NCBI GenBank assembly: GCA_032718475.1 | Contig: JAUCBJ010000200.1 | Coordinates: 35,054-99,053 of the forward strand | DNA length: 64,000 nucleotides | Reading direction: 5' to 3' | Origin: Nemertoderma westbladi | Lineage: Eukaryota; Animalia; Xenacoelomorpha | Part shown: positions 25,955-39,310 of the stretch, in pieces | How the letters are laid out: every line of letters starts with the position of its first letter | Position numbering within the stretch: position 1 is the stretch's first letter | Made by a program: the position numbers and the translations under genes | The notes under the pieces: generated by a model | Seen by the model: the letters and a program-made list of their open reading frames with translations, nothing else | Databases searched by the model: none | What the model was told of the DNA's origin: nothing

Positions 25955-26430
25955 ACTTTCTCTAGAGATCGAGCCACTGGCTCTAACGGATCCACTGAAT
26001 TTAACAGACACCCAAATTATTCCTCTAGACCCACTGAGTTTAACAGACTCCCCATAACTTCCTCTAGACCCACTGAGTTTAACAGACACCCAATAACTTC
26101 CTCTAGACCCACTGAGTTTAACAGATACCCCATAACTTCCTCTAGACCCAATGAGTTTAACAGACACCCCATAACTTCCTCTAGACCCACTGAGTTTAAC
26201 AGACACCCCATAACTTCCTCTAGACCCACTGAGTTTAACAGACACCCCATAACTTCCTCTAGACCCACTGAGTTTAACAGACACCCCATAACTTCCTCTA
26301 GACCCACTGAGTTTAACAGACACCCCATAACTTACTCTAGACCCACTGAGTTTAACAGACACCCCATAACTTACTCTAGACCCACTGAGTTTAACAGACA
26401 CCCCATAACTTACTCTAGACCCACTGAATT
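25955..26430. repeat. 39-bp minisatellite directly downstream of the PP4c stop codon
   Basis: Unit CCTCTAGACCCACTGAGTTTAACAGACACCCCATAACTT (about 11-12 copies); the last unit resumes at 27851 after an insertion. Confidence 0.93.
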
Positions 26431-26432
26431 TA

Positions 26433-27848
26433 GGGGGGGGGGGGGGGGTGTGACTAATTGAATTTAGAAAAAAATGCAAATTTTTCAATTACACCTAGTG
26501 CATATTTTTTTGAGGATTTCAAAACTTTAAACCGTTTGTTAATAGCTAATGTACTTCAAAAGTTATGAGTATTATGATAACCTAACTCTGTGTAAGTGTC
26601 TGAAAAGTGTCTGTCAAAATATAACAAGAGCAATTATCTTAGCTAAAAGTTTTGTTATAGGGGTTTTCATGGTCGCTGATTTATTCCTAACATCAGTTTT
26701 CACTTTTAATGAAAACTATTATGTCTGTCAGTCTGTCTGTCGGTCCGACAATGTGACTGACAAAATATAAAGACACACCATCAAGCTAAAACGTTGCTGT
26801 TGTGATTTTCCTGGTCGCCGATTTCAATTCCAATGTCAGTTTTCATATTTTGAGAAGTCTATTCTGTCTGTCAGTCTGTATGTCAGTGTGTCTGTCTGTC
26901 AAAATTTAAGAAAAGCATTCCAACTAGATATACGTTTTTTTTTGTTATGGGGGTTATACTGGTTGCTGATTTCATTTCCGACGTCAGTATTCACTTTTAA
27001 CAGAACCTACTATGTCTGTCTGTCGGTTTTTCTGTCTGTCCACGGATCTGTCTGTCACAATAATAGGAAAGCATACCAACGAGCTAAAAATGTTGTTATG
27101 GGGGTTTTAATGGTTGGTGATTTCATTTCCGATCTCAGTTTTCATGTATTACGTCATCCACATCGTCTGTTTGTCTGTTCAGCTGTCAGTCATATTTTTG
27201 ACGGACAGACAGACAGCAATTCAGACAGACATGACGTTGTCAAATGAGAAAACTTACTTCAGAAATGAAATCAACGACCCGGAAAACCCCTGCAACAAAA
27301 TGTTCAGTTGGGTTGTGTGCAGTCTAACTCATTTTAATTAATTATATTACCCTGAACGATAAACTTTAAATGCGTTTTATGAAGGGGAAATTTCAAAATG
27401 CAAAGGCTTTTCTAAAAGTGAACGAATTCGCGTGAAATTTGGCATGAATGATGACTAGGTGTGCTTAACACCCCCTATGACCACTTTTTGAATTTTCTTT
27501 GTTATATATAGCTGAAATATTTAACAAAATGTGTCAATTTTTGGTCAAAGATAAAAATGTGGCAAAAAATCGGTTTTAAAATAATTTTTGAACATAAGCA
27601 ATAATCAAAATTCTGGTCATAGGGTCGTTTCAGAATTCCATTGTATACAAATTATGAAATTTTGGGCGAGTGATGTGATGACCTTTGACCATTTCTCTAA
27701 GAGCCTTTGTATTTAAAAAAAATTCGCAAAAATTTAGTTAATTAGGTAAAAAATAATTTTTTATCCACCTATTGTATAAATTTGGGTAAAATACGGGCAC
27801 GAAAATTTTTAGTGAATTAGTCAACCCCCCCCCCCCCCCCCCCCCCCC
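26433..27848. mobile_element. Non-autonomous DNA transposon with poly-G-tipped TIRs and TA target duplication
   Basis: G-run+TGACTAATT on the left and AATTAGTCAA+C-run on the right, both flanked by TA; it interrupts a 39-bp repeat unit at GAATT-TA-ACAG. Confidence 0.7.
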
Positions 27849-29873
27849 TAACAGGCACCCCATAACTGCCCCTACCAATTTAGCAGTGACTCACTACTTC
27901 AGGGTTGTAAGAATTCCCGTAGAGTCTGTATCTAAACGTTAACCATATACCTAACAAGGTTAGGTTTAGGTGCGTAATTATTGTATTATTTATTTATTGT
28001 GATTTCTTGCGCTCACCACAACACAGAGTTATAATAGAGCCATTTTAGTTTCTGTCGTATGGTTTTATATATCGACAACTAATAACTCATTGTAAGTAAA
28101 ATATATTAATGATTGTGGCATTAAAAGTAATTTATTTATAAATGGCGTCATTTTCATTTGTCGATCCGAAAAAATATGCCAGCTAAATGGCGCTAAAACT
28201 GTTTAACTGTTTCATTATAACTCCCTCTATAACTCTGAAGTTTATAAATTATTGTTCAAGCTGATTAGCGCTTTGAACTCCGACAACGATAATTAGTGGG
28301 TTTAACATCGATCTTATGTTAGCTGTGAAAAAAAAACGTTCATATTTTATTTAATAAGGATTTATCCTGCTTATTTCTTATCGATACTAAATCAAACAGT
28401 TTACGAATTCCTTATTGTGTGTGCCAAGTAATTAATTGTCATGTGTAAAAATGTTTTATTATTCAGTTTCGTTTTTATATATCTAAAAACCGTTTGACAA
28501 TATTTTAGGATGTTATATCAGGTTTTAAGATCTTGTAAAATTTGTAACTTTGCATCGCGCTCATATGTTTTAACTAAATAAACTACAAAACTCAAAGTCG
28601 ATTATTCTACCAATTGTCACCGGTAGACGGCTTTACATTTGTCGCTTTCTCTACGATTATAAAATATTTTAAATAATTATATTTGTAGATGTAGACATTT
28701 ACGCGTGTTTAAGTCTCTACCCTTATAATATTTTGTGATTTTCTTTGATACATTGAATAAAATATTTTGCGTGTCTCGATTTTACTTAATTGGTGATTTT
28801 ATGTCTGATGCTGTTTATTTTGACATTAAATAATTACTGTTATATAAATCTACATTATACAGCATTACTAGTCATTTATTGTGATTTTGAATTATTTTAT
28901 ATTGTTTTGTAACTCTAATTAAAACTATCGAACAGTTTTAATATGTGTATAAAACCAGCAAAACCACCAACATTGCTCAGTTAGCATATTCTTAACGTAA
29001 TTCCAAGGTTACCAGACTCGAAATGCGTTATTATTATACAGTCGGCTCGGTGTCGAATCTGCAGAATTTGACTAATTAATAACCAACATTGCACCACCAG
29101 ACGCACCACAGATAGTTCTATGTGGACCCATGGAATGCTATATATGGATCTATTTATAGCATTCCATGATGGACCTCATCTTGGCCAATACTGCCGTCTT
29201 AAGGCAAAATACCCTATCTCCTCCAAAAATCATGTTTTGAGTAATTTAACGAAACGCGTTTTCTTCTACAAGAATATTATTCAGGTACCTGGATACCAGA
29301 ATTTGAACTGCAAGTCACCCAAATATACTAACTTAGAATTTCAAATGCGAGATACACAACTTTTGTAATTTGGGAGCTTAAAAAATGCTGAAAAGATTTT
29401 ATAGGGTGTTTTGCCTCGAAAATGTTGGCAACAAATGAAACTGAAAGCTGATTAGGGTGTTTGTCAATCAAGAGTTGGTATCAAATAGTTTAATACCTTC
29501 AAATAATAATACTGCAGGGTGGAAATTATACTTGACATTTTGTAGTTAAGGGTTGGGTTTTGGTAAATAATGCATATTATAATTCAAAAACATGAGATAA
29601 ACAGCTGATAATTTATGTATAATTGGTTGCCTGGTAACGTCACCATGGTTACCATTCTATGAATTACTCAAACTCAACTCTTGGCAATCGATTATAGTTA
29701 CACTTTGCCCGTAAAAATTTTAGAATTATTCTAGCTAGCTACTGTATAACTATGTGACCAGTTTTACAAAACCTAGTCCGCCAAAATCAAACTCGTCTTT
29801 CATAAGATGATAATTGATGTTAACGACATACTGACTAACAGGGGGTTGGTATGTATATATTAAATTAAATTAA

Positions 29874-30742
29874 AGGAAGAACAGGAGTCTTACACCCCCA
29901 ATAAAAAATATAGAATCAGGACATTTAGCCCAAAATATTTCTCGACCCCTAGGGTCATCGAAGAACAACAAACACACAAACACAAACAACTATAAATACA
30001 TGCTAAACATACAGGTACAGTATGTGTCGCAACCCTAACCCTAAGCCTACCCGCCATACACTAAATGATACCGTTAATAAACTGCACAATAGCTAAGCCT
30101 ATATTCTATAAGAAAATATATGACAATTTTGTCGCTGTGAAAGGGGTATGACTGAGGCAAAAATAATTAATTTGTGAAAAATATGGTTGCGTTTCGGCGT
30201 CTAGGACCAGTACGCGCTAATCCTCGACACCTCGTCAGCTGGACAGGGAATTAGCCAAGCCTATCTATAACGCACCAATGACCTAAATTAATCGCACCAT
30301 CAACTCTGTTACCACCTAGCCCAAACAGAAGTCAGACCATAGAACACAGGAACCTTATAGGCCTATGGTAAGTAAATATGTTACCAATGGAAAACTGGTA
30401 GAGTGCTAGGGCACACACACAGTACAAAATTTATATAAGATTTTATGATTTGCAGTAATGTCGGAATTGTGCTCCACTTTCATAAGATGATAATTGATGT
30501 TATATTTGCTTATAGAATATAGGCTTAGCTATTGTGCAGTTTATTAACGGTATCATTTACTGTATGGCGGGTAGGCTTAGGGTTAGGGTTGCGACACATA
30601 CCTGTATGTTTAGCATGTATTTATATTTGTTTGTGTTTGTGTGTTTGTTGTTCTTCGATGACCCTAGGGGTCGAGAAATATTTTGGGCTAAATGTCCTGA
30701 TTCCATATTTTTTATTGGGGGTGTAAGACTCCCGTTCTTCCT
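29874..30742. mobile_element. MITE with about 245-bp TIRs and TTAA flanks (Kolobok-like)
   Basis: 29874-30120 is the reverse complement of about 30501-30742; termini AGGAAGAAC...GTTCTTCCT are bordered by TTAA. Confidence 0.7.
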
Positions 30743-30772
30743 TTAATTTAATTTAAAATCAAACTCAGTCTA

Positions 30773-31165
30773 CTTTACCTTGTAGTGCAGTCTTTCATTA
30801 TTGACATGTTAAGTTCACCATCACACTTTAACTAACGAATTCCACAAACCAATTATATTTCTTGGAATTATTTGCCAAAGTCGTTGAATCAATTTATTGA
30901 CTGTCTATGGGAACTCCTTTGGGTTGAGACAGTGGACGTGGGATACCAATACTGACGTTGCGCTTCAATTTTACCTTGTAGTGCAGTCTTTCATTATTGA
31001 CATGTTAAGTTCACCATCACACTTTAACTAACGAATTCCACAAACCAATTATATTTCTTGGAATTATTTGCCAAAGTCGTTGAATCAATTTATTGACTGT
31101 CTATGGGAACTCCTTTGGGTTGAGACAGTGGACGTGGGATACCAATACTGACGTTGCGCTTCAAT
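30773..31165. repeat. About 196-bp near-perfect tandem duplication, possibly a decayed transposase C-terminal fragment on the minus strand
   Basis: TTTACCTTGTAGTGCAG...GCGCTTCAAT occurs twice. Minus-strand IPRPLSQPKGVP..QRLWQIIPRNIIGLWNSL loosely resembles Sola-type C-termini (by eye only). Confidence 0.8.
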
Positions 31166-31174
31166 AAGTTGACT

Positions 31175-31978
31175 CCCCACAGCCACATATCCTCCCCACA
31201 CAGCCACATATCCTCCCCACACAGCCCCATATCCTCCCCAAAGCCACATATCCTCCCCATACCCCACAGCCACATATCCTCCCCACAGCCACATATCCTC
31301 CCGCCTCCCCACAGCCACATATCCTCCCGCCTCCCCACAGCCACATATCCTCCCCACAGCCACATATCCTCCCCAAACAGCCACATATCCTCCCCACAGC
31401 CACATATCCTCCCCACAGCCACATATCCTCCCCACAGCCACATATCCTCCCCACACAGCCACATATCATCCCCACAGCCACATATCCTCCCCACACAGCC
31501 ACATATCCTCCCCACAGCCACATATCCTCCCCACAGCCACATATCCTCCCCACAGCCACATATCCTCCCCACAGAGCCACATATCCTCCCCACAGCCCAC
31601 AGCCACATATCCTCCACACAGCCCACAGCCACATATCCTGCCCACAGCCACATATCCTCCCCACAGCCCACAGCCACATATCCTCCCCACAGCCCACAGC
31701 CACATATCCTCCCCACAGGCCACAGCCACATATCCTCCCCACAGGCCACAGCCACATATCCTCCCCACACAGCCACATATCCTCCCCACACAGCCACATA
31801 TCCTCCCGCCTCCCCACAGCCACATATCCTCCCCACACAGCCACATATCCTCCCACACAGCCACATATCCTCCCCACACAGCCACATATCCTCCCCACAG
31901 CCACATAACCTCCCCACACAGCCACATATCCTCCCCACACAGCCACATATCCTCCCCACACAGCCACATATCCTCTCC
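31175..31978. repeat. 19-27-bp C-rich minisatellite (CCCCACAGCCACATATCCT)n
   Basis: About 37 variant units; this repeat accounts for all overlapping ORFs here. Confidence 0.95.
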
Positions 31979-32910
31979 ACTGTCCACCCTGACCTGAGCT
32001 AAAATACCAACACCGATATCCTCATCCAAGTTGAAGCCGTAAAACGTGTCTTCCAGTTCCATTGGCTTTGTATATTCCTAATCGACTGAATTGAGATTCT
32101 ATAGAGACAATAGAAAGTACAAAATCTTTCCTAGGGTATTTTACCCGCATGTAAATGCGAACAAACTGAAATTCCCGCCAATATCTACGCATAAGTAATA
32201 GGAAATAACACTATTATATTATAAGCTTTTCTAAGGAAAAACGCCCTACCGTTAAATGTAAGGTAAACTAAATAAAAGTGTTACTAAGGCATATTACCCT
32301 TATGTACCTTATTTTAGATGGAGCGTGTTTTGCCTTTAAGTGACAGGGCTGAGGATCAAGCATAGGGTGTTTTAAACTCGCAAAATATGACTTTCTTGCA
32401 TATAAACCATGGTATTTCTTGGTTTCATTTGAAAGCGTGCCTTAAATTAGGCCGGTCTGTACAATAAAAAATATTCCAAATATTTTGAGATAGGGCATTC
32501 TGCCTTAAGACGGCAGAATAATCCATTACCCCTTGTATTCCCTTCCCGTATCTCTGGTACCCGAGCGTGTGAGTCCGATCAAAGAAAGGGTCCACTTCAT
32601 TTCGGTAGGAATACTTTACAGAAATTCCTCTGGGGAGTATAGTTCTGGGGGGACCATTCTGATAAAAAATCTGACACTTTGTCAAATCACCGTGACATTT
32701 TACATACCATCTGCCAATATACCATAATTACAGTAACATAATTTCTTACACTTATTTATTTAATAATGCAATAAAATCACATGTTATTCATAAGATTACA
32801 GTACTTGTAGATTCCAAGTCGTTGAAGTAAATCTTAAACAACATCTTAGTTAAAAGAACACTGTAGTAGTCGTAACCGGATGCAACCGTAACCGTAGCGT
32901 AGCTGCTGTG

Positions 32911-33153
32911 CTAATCGATAAAGTATCCAAGCTCGTTGTTGTGCCAACGTTTGAGTTGGCGGCCCCTAGCATTAGCCGACGCCACACCTAGCATCCTGTT
33001 AAACAATACCTTCTCCATGCGCTCTTGTTTATCTATAACACTTATCATTGAATCGATTGTGAGTTCCACATCTCGCTTGGTGGTTGCGTTGTTAAGGCTG
33101 AGGGTCGTCATTATGAGAAGGACTATAATGGGAGATATTGAAAAATTCATCAT
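32911..33153 (-). CDS. Candidate secreted prepropeptide (neuropeptide/peptide hormone precursor), 80 aa
   Basis: Hydrophobic N-terminal signal (SISPIIVLLIMTTLSLNNA), two KR dibasic sites and a G-R potential amidation site. AATAAA lies about 155 nt downstream on the minus strand, and the ORF is a GC island in AT-rich DNA. Confidence 0.55.
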   Translation of the reverse strand: MMNFSISPIIVLLIMTTLSLNNATTKRDVELTIDSMISVIDKQERMEKVLFNRMLGVASANARGRQLKRWHNNELGYFID

Positions 33154-35101
33154 AAATCATTAAAATAGTAGGCCTGCCGGTATCAACAGCTACAGTATAT
33201 GTAATTTAGTTATTTATTTATCTATTTACATAATCTTATGAGTAAACAAATATTACTACTATCTTATAAAGTAACACTTTTTACAGTGTTTTGTTTTTAC
33301 ACGATTGGGCGTATTGAGTGAAGGTACATAAAGATTACGACGTTCAAGAAACTGTAAAATACTTAGTAACAAGTATAAATAATAAAGTTTATAACATTAC
33401 GAACCAAACGATCACTGATGTAAAACACCATGATTTTTATCTATAAAATGTATTAATATAAGTATAAGTATTAAGTATAAGTATTAATATAAATAAAAGC
33501 AGAAAAACTTATGTGTATTATATTCTGTCTAAAGCATTCCAAATTGGTTTATTTCATTGAATATGACACTAAACTCTAATTTTTTATTTTTTTTCTCTTA
33601 TTTTTAGTAGGCCTAGTAGTATTCTTCATAATTTTTTGAAGAATATAGGCCTACACCATGGCCTACTAATATATTTATAATATTTATTACTTAAATATTT
33701 AAGTAGGCCATGCCTACACGTAGTTTAAATCATCCCTCCATTTAACACAAATTGGCGTGAGGCTTAAAATACTATTATCTCAGAATTATATTTTTCGTTT
33801 TATTTTTTACTCAATATTTTCCTGTTTATCTGGAACCACTGGAACAATCTGTATATGTTCCTCTACTAATCCTTTACAGCTGGTATCCCTTTTAGACATG
33901 TACATGAGGTTTGAAATTGCAAAAGTTACATCACAAAAAACAGCCAAAATACTTGTTTTTTCCACTTCCATTAAATCTAAACTAATTCCCATTAAACTTG
34001 CAAACCATTACGTTGAACGAATCCCTCAGAAGGATGGACATCTATCTGTAAGCTTAATTGTAAAACGTATTGACAAACAGGTGCCCTTAATTAAGTACAT
34101 TCCTTAGCGCAATAATATTTTTTGAAATTAACGGCGGCCAATGTTCATAGATGACGTCACGGTGAATAAGTAACGTTGTTATGGAGGGCTTTAGTTCACC
34201 GCCTAGGTATTACTTACACTCAGTTACAAGTTCGTGGGGCAGCATGCGAACTTGAGCAAGTTCGAAACAAGTTCGATTTGATCTGAAGTCAAAAGGTATT
34301 TGCCCGTAACTTTCAAGAATATTGGAACTTTTCTCTAGTATGCCTAAACAAAATTTAGTTGAAAAGGGTTAAAATCTTTAAAAGTTATCTACGAATGTAT
34401 TTTTGTTACAGACAGACAGACAGATATGAAATTTTGCCCTATTTACTAAGTATTTTTCGTACTAAAATTTTCAAAAATTGTTACGTCTAACTAAAATAAA
34501 TTTATTTGCCGTATACAGTGGTATTTTTGGATGCTAAACACGATTATAAAACTCAAGTATAACATTCGTGAAAATTTTTGGTAATTTCGAATGTGCCCCC
34601 TGGGGCACGAAAAAAACGACTAGAGCAAATATGATAATGAAAAATCACCACAAAATCAAATTGATTTTATGACCATACAGTATACAGTAGGTTTTTTTAT
34701 GCACGAAAATGACATTGAAATATAGGCCTATGGTACATTGTTTGTTAGATAGGGATAAAGAAGTTAGTAGAATCGCCAATCGATCACCAGCGTTGTATAT
34801 AGGACTACAGTGTTCGTACATCGTCTACTCCTCTTTGGTCTGGCGCTTAGGTGCGATGATTATTGAACTATGTGTTCATTAGATTACTCAGTATTATATT
34901 ACTCATTGAACATTATATTACTGTAAACTCTCAGCTGTGTTATTCATTCGTTATTATACGAATGAATAAAATCTAAGCAATTGTTGATACCTATAAATTC
35001 AGTTATTGTTATTACTAAGCTAATCAGCATTTTCCATAACTGAGGAGAGTATAATTTTCTAATTTTTTATTGGTGTTTTGGGTGAATGAGTTTCATATTA
35101 T

Positions 35102-35372
35102 TATAACTTTTGTTGAGCACAGCTTTGCAAAGTCGATAATAACGTCCAGCTGGGATCGAACTGATGACCTGGCAACATAAGATTATGGTATCAACAGATG
35201 GGGGGTAAATTGGGGACATACAAGGTATCATGTAGTATTTCAAGGTCTACCTTTTACCTGAGCGGCTAGCTGAATGGTTGGAGCGTCCAACTTCCAACCT
35301 TGAGGTCACCAGTTCGATCCAACCTTGACGTCATTGCCGACTTTGCAAAGTTGTACCCAATAAAAGTTACAA
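35102..35372. mobile_element. Two back-to-back tRNA-derived SINE fragments (plus copy about 35262-35372, minus partial copy about 35102-35172)
   Basis: A box TAGCTGAATGG and B box GTTCGATCC; the tail GACTTTGCAAAG..AAAAGTTA is present in inverted form on the left. Confidence 0.6.
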
Positions 35373-35421
35373 ACCTGAGAGTGACACATGGAAAGCCTGA
35401 TTAGCATCAGATGGGACAAAA

Positions 35422-35790
35422 CTAAGCGAGGCAGCATCCAGTGTTTTTGTGTCTCAGGCTAAGCGAGTCAGCATCCAGTGTTTTTGTGTCTCAGGCTAAA
35501 CGAGTCAGCATCCAGTGTTTTTGTTGTCTCAGACTAAGCGAGTCAGCATCCAGTGTTTTTGAGTCTCAGGCTAAGCGAGTCAGCATCCAGTGTTTTTGTG
35601 TCTCAGGCTAAGCGAGTCGGCATCCAGTGTTTTTGTATCTCAGGCTAAGCGAGTCAACATCCAGTGTTTTTGAGTCTCAGGCTAAGCGAGTCAGCATCCA
35701 GTGTTTTTGTGTCTCAGGCTAAGCGAGTCAGCATCCAGTGTTTTTGTGTCTCAGGCTAAGCTAGTCAGCATCCAGTGTTTTTGTGCCTCA
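35422..35790. repeat. 37-bp minisatellite (about 10 units), followed by an about 104-bp duplication at 35862-36066
   Basis: Unit CTAAGCGAGTCAGCATCCAGTGTTTTTGTGTCTCAGG. Confidence 0.92.
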
Positions 35791-36944
35791 GCAGTTCGAA
35801 CTCACTCGAGAGGCGAGAGCTTTCCAGGATTTGGAAGTCAAACCGTCAGAAACTTATGGTCTGATTATTTAGAGCAGCAGTTGAACCAGGACTCCTATAT
35901 GGGAATCCATATGGGCTCTAACTGCTGAGGACGACATCGGGATTTGTGGCGGTGCAATTGTTGGTCCGATTATTTAGAGCAGCAGTAGAACCAGGACTCT
36001 TATAGGGGAATCCATATGGGCTCTAACTGCTGAGGACGACATCGGGATTTGTGGCGGTGCAATTGTGTTCGTTAAGATGGCATAGCATTCTTAATGCACG
36101 CTGCATCACAGCAGGCCAATTGTGGATTGCATGGTTTTGGAAAAAATAATTGTATTAAGTCAGCATAGCATCTCAATGCGCAGCTGCATTGCAGCAGGCC
36201 GATTATACTGTAGTAGTACTAGTAGTAGTAGAGAGTCGAGAAGAGTTAAAAAAAAAGTTACTACTATTTTACAATGTAATACGTAAATTTATTTTCTTAA
36301 CGACTATTATGATGTATGATGAAAATATTCATTCAATGGCTTAACTCTCGTTCAATAGGGAGTTAAGAAAACAAGTATTTTGCAAATTAAATTATTTTCA
36401 ACTGAATTAGCATTGTTCTGGAACCCAGCTCTCATTCATTGCATTGAAGAAAGTTCCAGATATATTAAAACTTTACAAAATATGTAGGCCTAATAATTTA
36501 GGATTATAGGACAATTTACATGTAGCTAATGTTTACAAATTTAGCTAATATTTACACGAAAATATTATAATAAAATATGCAGAAGCAAATGTGTACAAAC
36601 AGTAAAATTGTGTTTGGTAGCAATAAATAACTATAATATATATTTATTTTTATGATAATTAATGATGGATTGCTACTGTTATAACAATAAACAAACTGTA
36701 GTAGTACAGTACATGCGAGCGAGGAGGGATTGAATAGGACAATTCAACTCGATAATTTAAACGGATATGAACTAAAAGCAGGTGGCGTAACGAAACGTCC
36801 TCGAAACATCAAAGTAGCCCCCCCCCCCCCCCCCCCCCCCCCTAAACCGGCAGCAGAGAATCCGATGAGGTAGGTTTTAGAATCTAGTTATCATGGCAAC
36901 TGTTAGAAATACGTTTTCAAAATGTAGTTTTTTCTTCAAATGTC

Positions 36945-38112
36945 GGTGATATTTTGCAAATAACAATAGTTTTCTAAAGTACGTGTACCCCTTGTGGTAA
37001 AACATTCCAAATATATTGTCAATATGACCCACAATATTTTTAATGGTAGCCCCATAAAAGTGAATTCGCAGTTGCCACGTAACCATGGAAACTAGCAAAA
37101 AATAACCTTCTGTTATGTTTCATCACTTTAAATATAGTTACTATCAGTTTAAAAAGAAATCCATTTTGGGTCAATCACCTTACATGTGAATAACCCGAGA
37201 CAATTATTTCCCGAAGAGTAGGTATTTTCTTATTACCGGAAACATTTTGTAGTATGTAGAATAGCCGTCAGAATGATTTTATTTGTACTTCAGATGCACA
37301 TGAATATGTTATAGTCAACATTCATGATCACAAGCGAAGTCATTATTCTATTGTTACCATAGCAACGGGCATATTTAATTATTTATATAGTTCCAGTAAC
37401 GTTTTGATCTTTTAATTGCCTTAGAGGTTAAGAATTTAAGGATTTTTGATAATTAAAAGAATGGGGGTCTTCTATGGTTTTTATATTTAACAAAGCAATC
37501 ATTTATTGCCATGGCAACGGGAGTTTTCCTCCTAATAAGGGAATGACTGTTGTTGTGTGTCTCAAAATTTGGTAAATAATGCATTTCAGTATTTTAAACA
37601 TTACAAAAATATATTTAAATTAACTTTATTGTTCATAGCAACGAAACCTTACCACAGCAACCACAGCAATCTTATTTTTCATAAGAACATTGGGTTTTTC
37701 ACTGTATTAACATTTGCATTTTTTATTCATTTAACTGCGAATATTATATAAGAGTAGCAAGTTATCTGTAGTAATGGCATGTGTTGCATATCAATGATAT
37801 TTTTCTCATAGCAACGGCTTCTTTAGTCTAGCAACGACGTGTATTCTTTGTAACAGTGTTTACACAACAACAACATACAGTATTTATATACAGTACATAA
37901 AAGGTGTAACTGTAGATAGCAACTGTAAATTATCCTTAACAACGCAAGTTTTGTATAGCAATGACGAAACGAAAACGATAATATTCCCGTTGATATGGTA
38001 ACAATAGAATAAATGAATATCATGAATGTTGACAATATAACATATTGAAATTCCATAATATGCACAAGTAAAATGTTTCTGACGGATATTCTACATACAG
38101 TACTTCAAAATG
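36945..38112. mobile_element. Old foldback/MITE-like element with long inverted arms; the right arm is split by BEL copy B and continues at 57480-57812
   Basis: Joining 38060-38112 to 57485-57812 gives the reverse complement of about 36945-37290. Many GTTGCCATGGCAAC-like motifs are present. Confidence 0.75.
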
Positions 38113-39298
38113 TGTAAAAGCTTTTGCGGAATTAGCCGGTTATTTTCCCCGTAAAGTACTCTGTAGTTGGTTTAACAGGCATAAAAGGCCGTATCCTTGC
38201 TGTACTGGTGTTTTAGTGGACATACAAGCCATTTCTTCTGTATGTGTACTTTAGCGGACATAATTAGCAATTCTATGACGCAATGCGCTAGATCGTCTTG
38301 AAACAGTGTAGTTACTATGACGACAGCTAACAGCTGAGCTGTACACGTGTAGCTTTTCCTTGTTCTCTGGTGTTTCTTTGTTCGGTCAACCAATCAGAGC
38401 GATTCTCCTGCTTTTTGTACAGAAACCTCCGAGAAATCGCGCAATGCATTATGGGTCAATGTTTACATTTTGTCCTGAGCCCAGAAGATCGGCTTCGGAA
38501 TCTCTGTTTTTTCAGTCTTTAGCCCAACATTAGTAGGCTTAATTATAGAACGTATATCTGTTATCAAACCAAACTCATCTCACAACTCACTCACCTAATC
38601 ATATTGTCAACTACAAACAACGCATTTTTACTGCTATTTACTGTCGGTTATTCATTATATCTGTTGATGGAATATTATTATATTGGAGAATATCAATCAA
38701 TAATCAGACACCCCAATCTTCTTGATATACTGAAGGTTAGAGAGACCGGTTACATATAACGATTGCGACTTACATTAAAGTGGTTTTGAAGTGAATCTAA
38801 TGCTATTTCATAGGCACTACATGTATTGTCTGTTGTTCTCTTTATATGTGACTAAAATTAGTGAAGGACGGCAGATCAGTGTGCAGCATTGTGCAGTATT
38901 GTGTATGATTGTGACTGATAACAAAGCATCTCCTAAAGAATGCGCCATATACGTGAATCTATAGCCATCCCGTTGTGTCTAGTTTAAGTCATAATTCTGT
39001 TTACATATTTAGAGAGCCACGTCCTAAAGGAACTGTTAATATTTCCCGAAAGTGAATAATATTTGTCAGAGATTATATATATTACGATCAGTCGAATAAT
39101 ACAGTAGGCCTACACCGCAATAAGATTAAGCTTCCGAATCCAGTCTCCCGGGTATATCCAATGGGTGAATGGACGCGCATAGACTGGCTTCGGCTAATGT
39201 AGTGTATCAAATACTCGTCATAGGCTAAAGTCGATTTATTATCTAGAAGACATCCCAATTTGGCAGGTTAAACTGCTAAAGGTCTGAAAGCGCGTACA
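38113..39298 (+). repeat. 5' LTR of copy B (1186 bp)
   Basis: About 99% identical to the 3' LTR (roughly 7 substitutions and 2 indels by eye). CCAAT at about 38390 and an Inr-like TCAGTC at 38512-38517. Confidence 0.97.
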
Positions 39299-39310
39299 AT
39301 AACAGATATA
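39299..39310 (+). promoter_or_regulatory. Non-tRNA primer-binding site of copy B (ATAACAGATATA), complementary to the LTR segment 38553-38564
   Basis: Directly abuts the LTR CA, has no TGG, and is 12/12 complementary to its own LTR with a further 7-bp extension. Confidence 0.75.

Noticed and set aside
30030-30045. Telomeric TTAGGG repeats
   Set aside because: Only two units, lying within a MITE TIR; not an interstitial telomere.
35262-35330. Functional tRNA-Gly gene
   Set aside because: A and B boxes are present but the acceptor stem does not pair, and it continues into a tail shared with an inverted copy, so it is a SINE head.
38172-38393. Antisense ORF repeated in both LTRs of copy B (also 56386-56574)
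   Set aside because: It is duplicated only because the LTR is, it is frameshifted between the two LTRs, and it is not evident in the copy A LTR.
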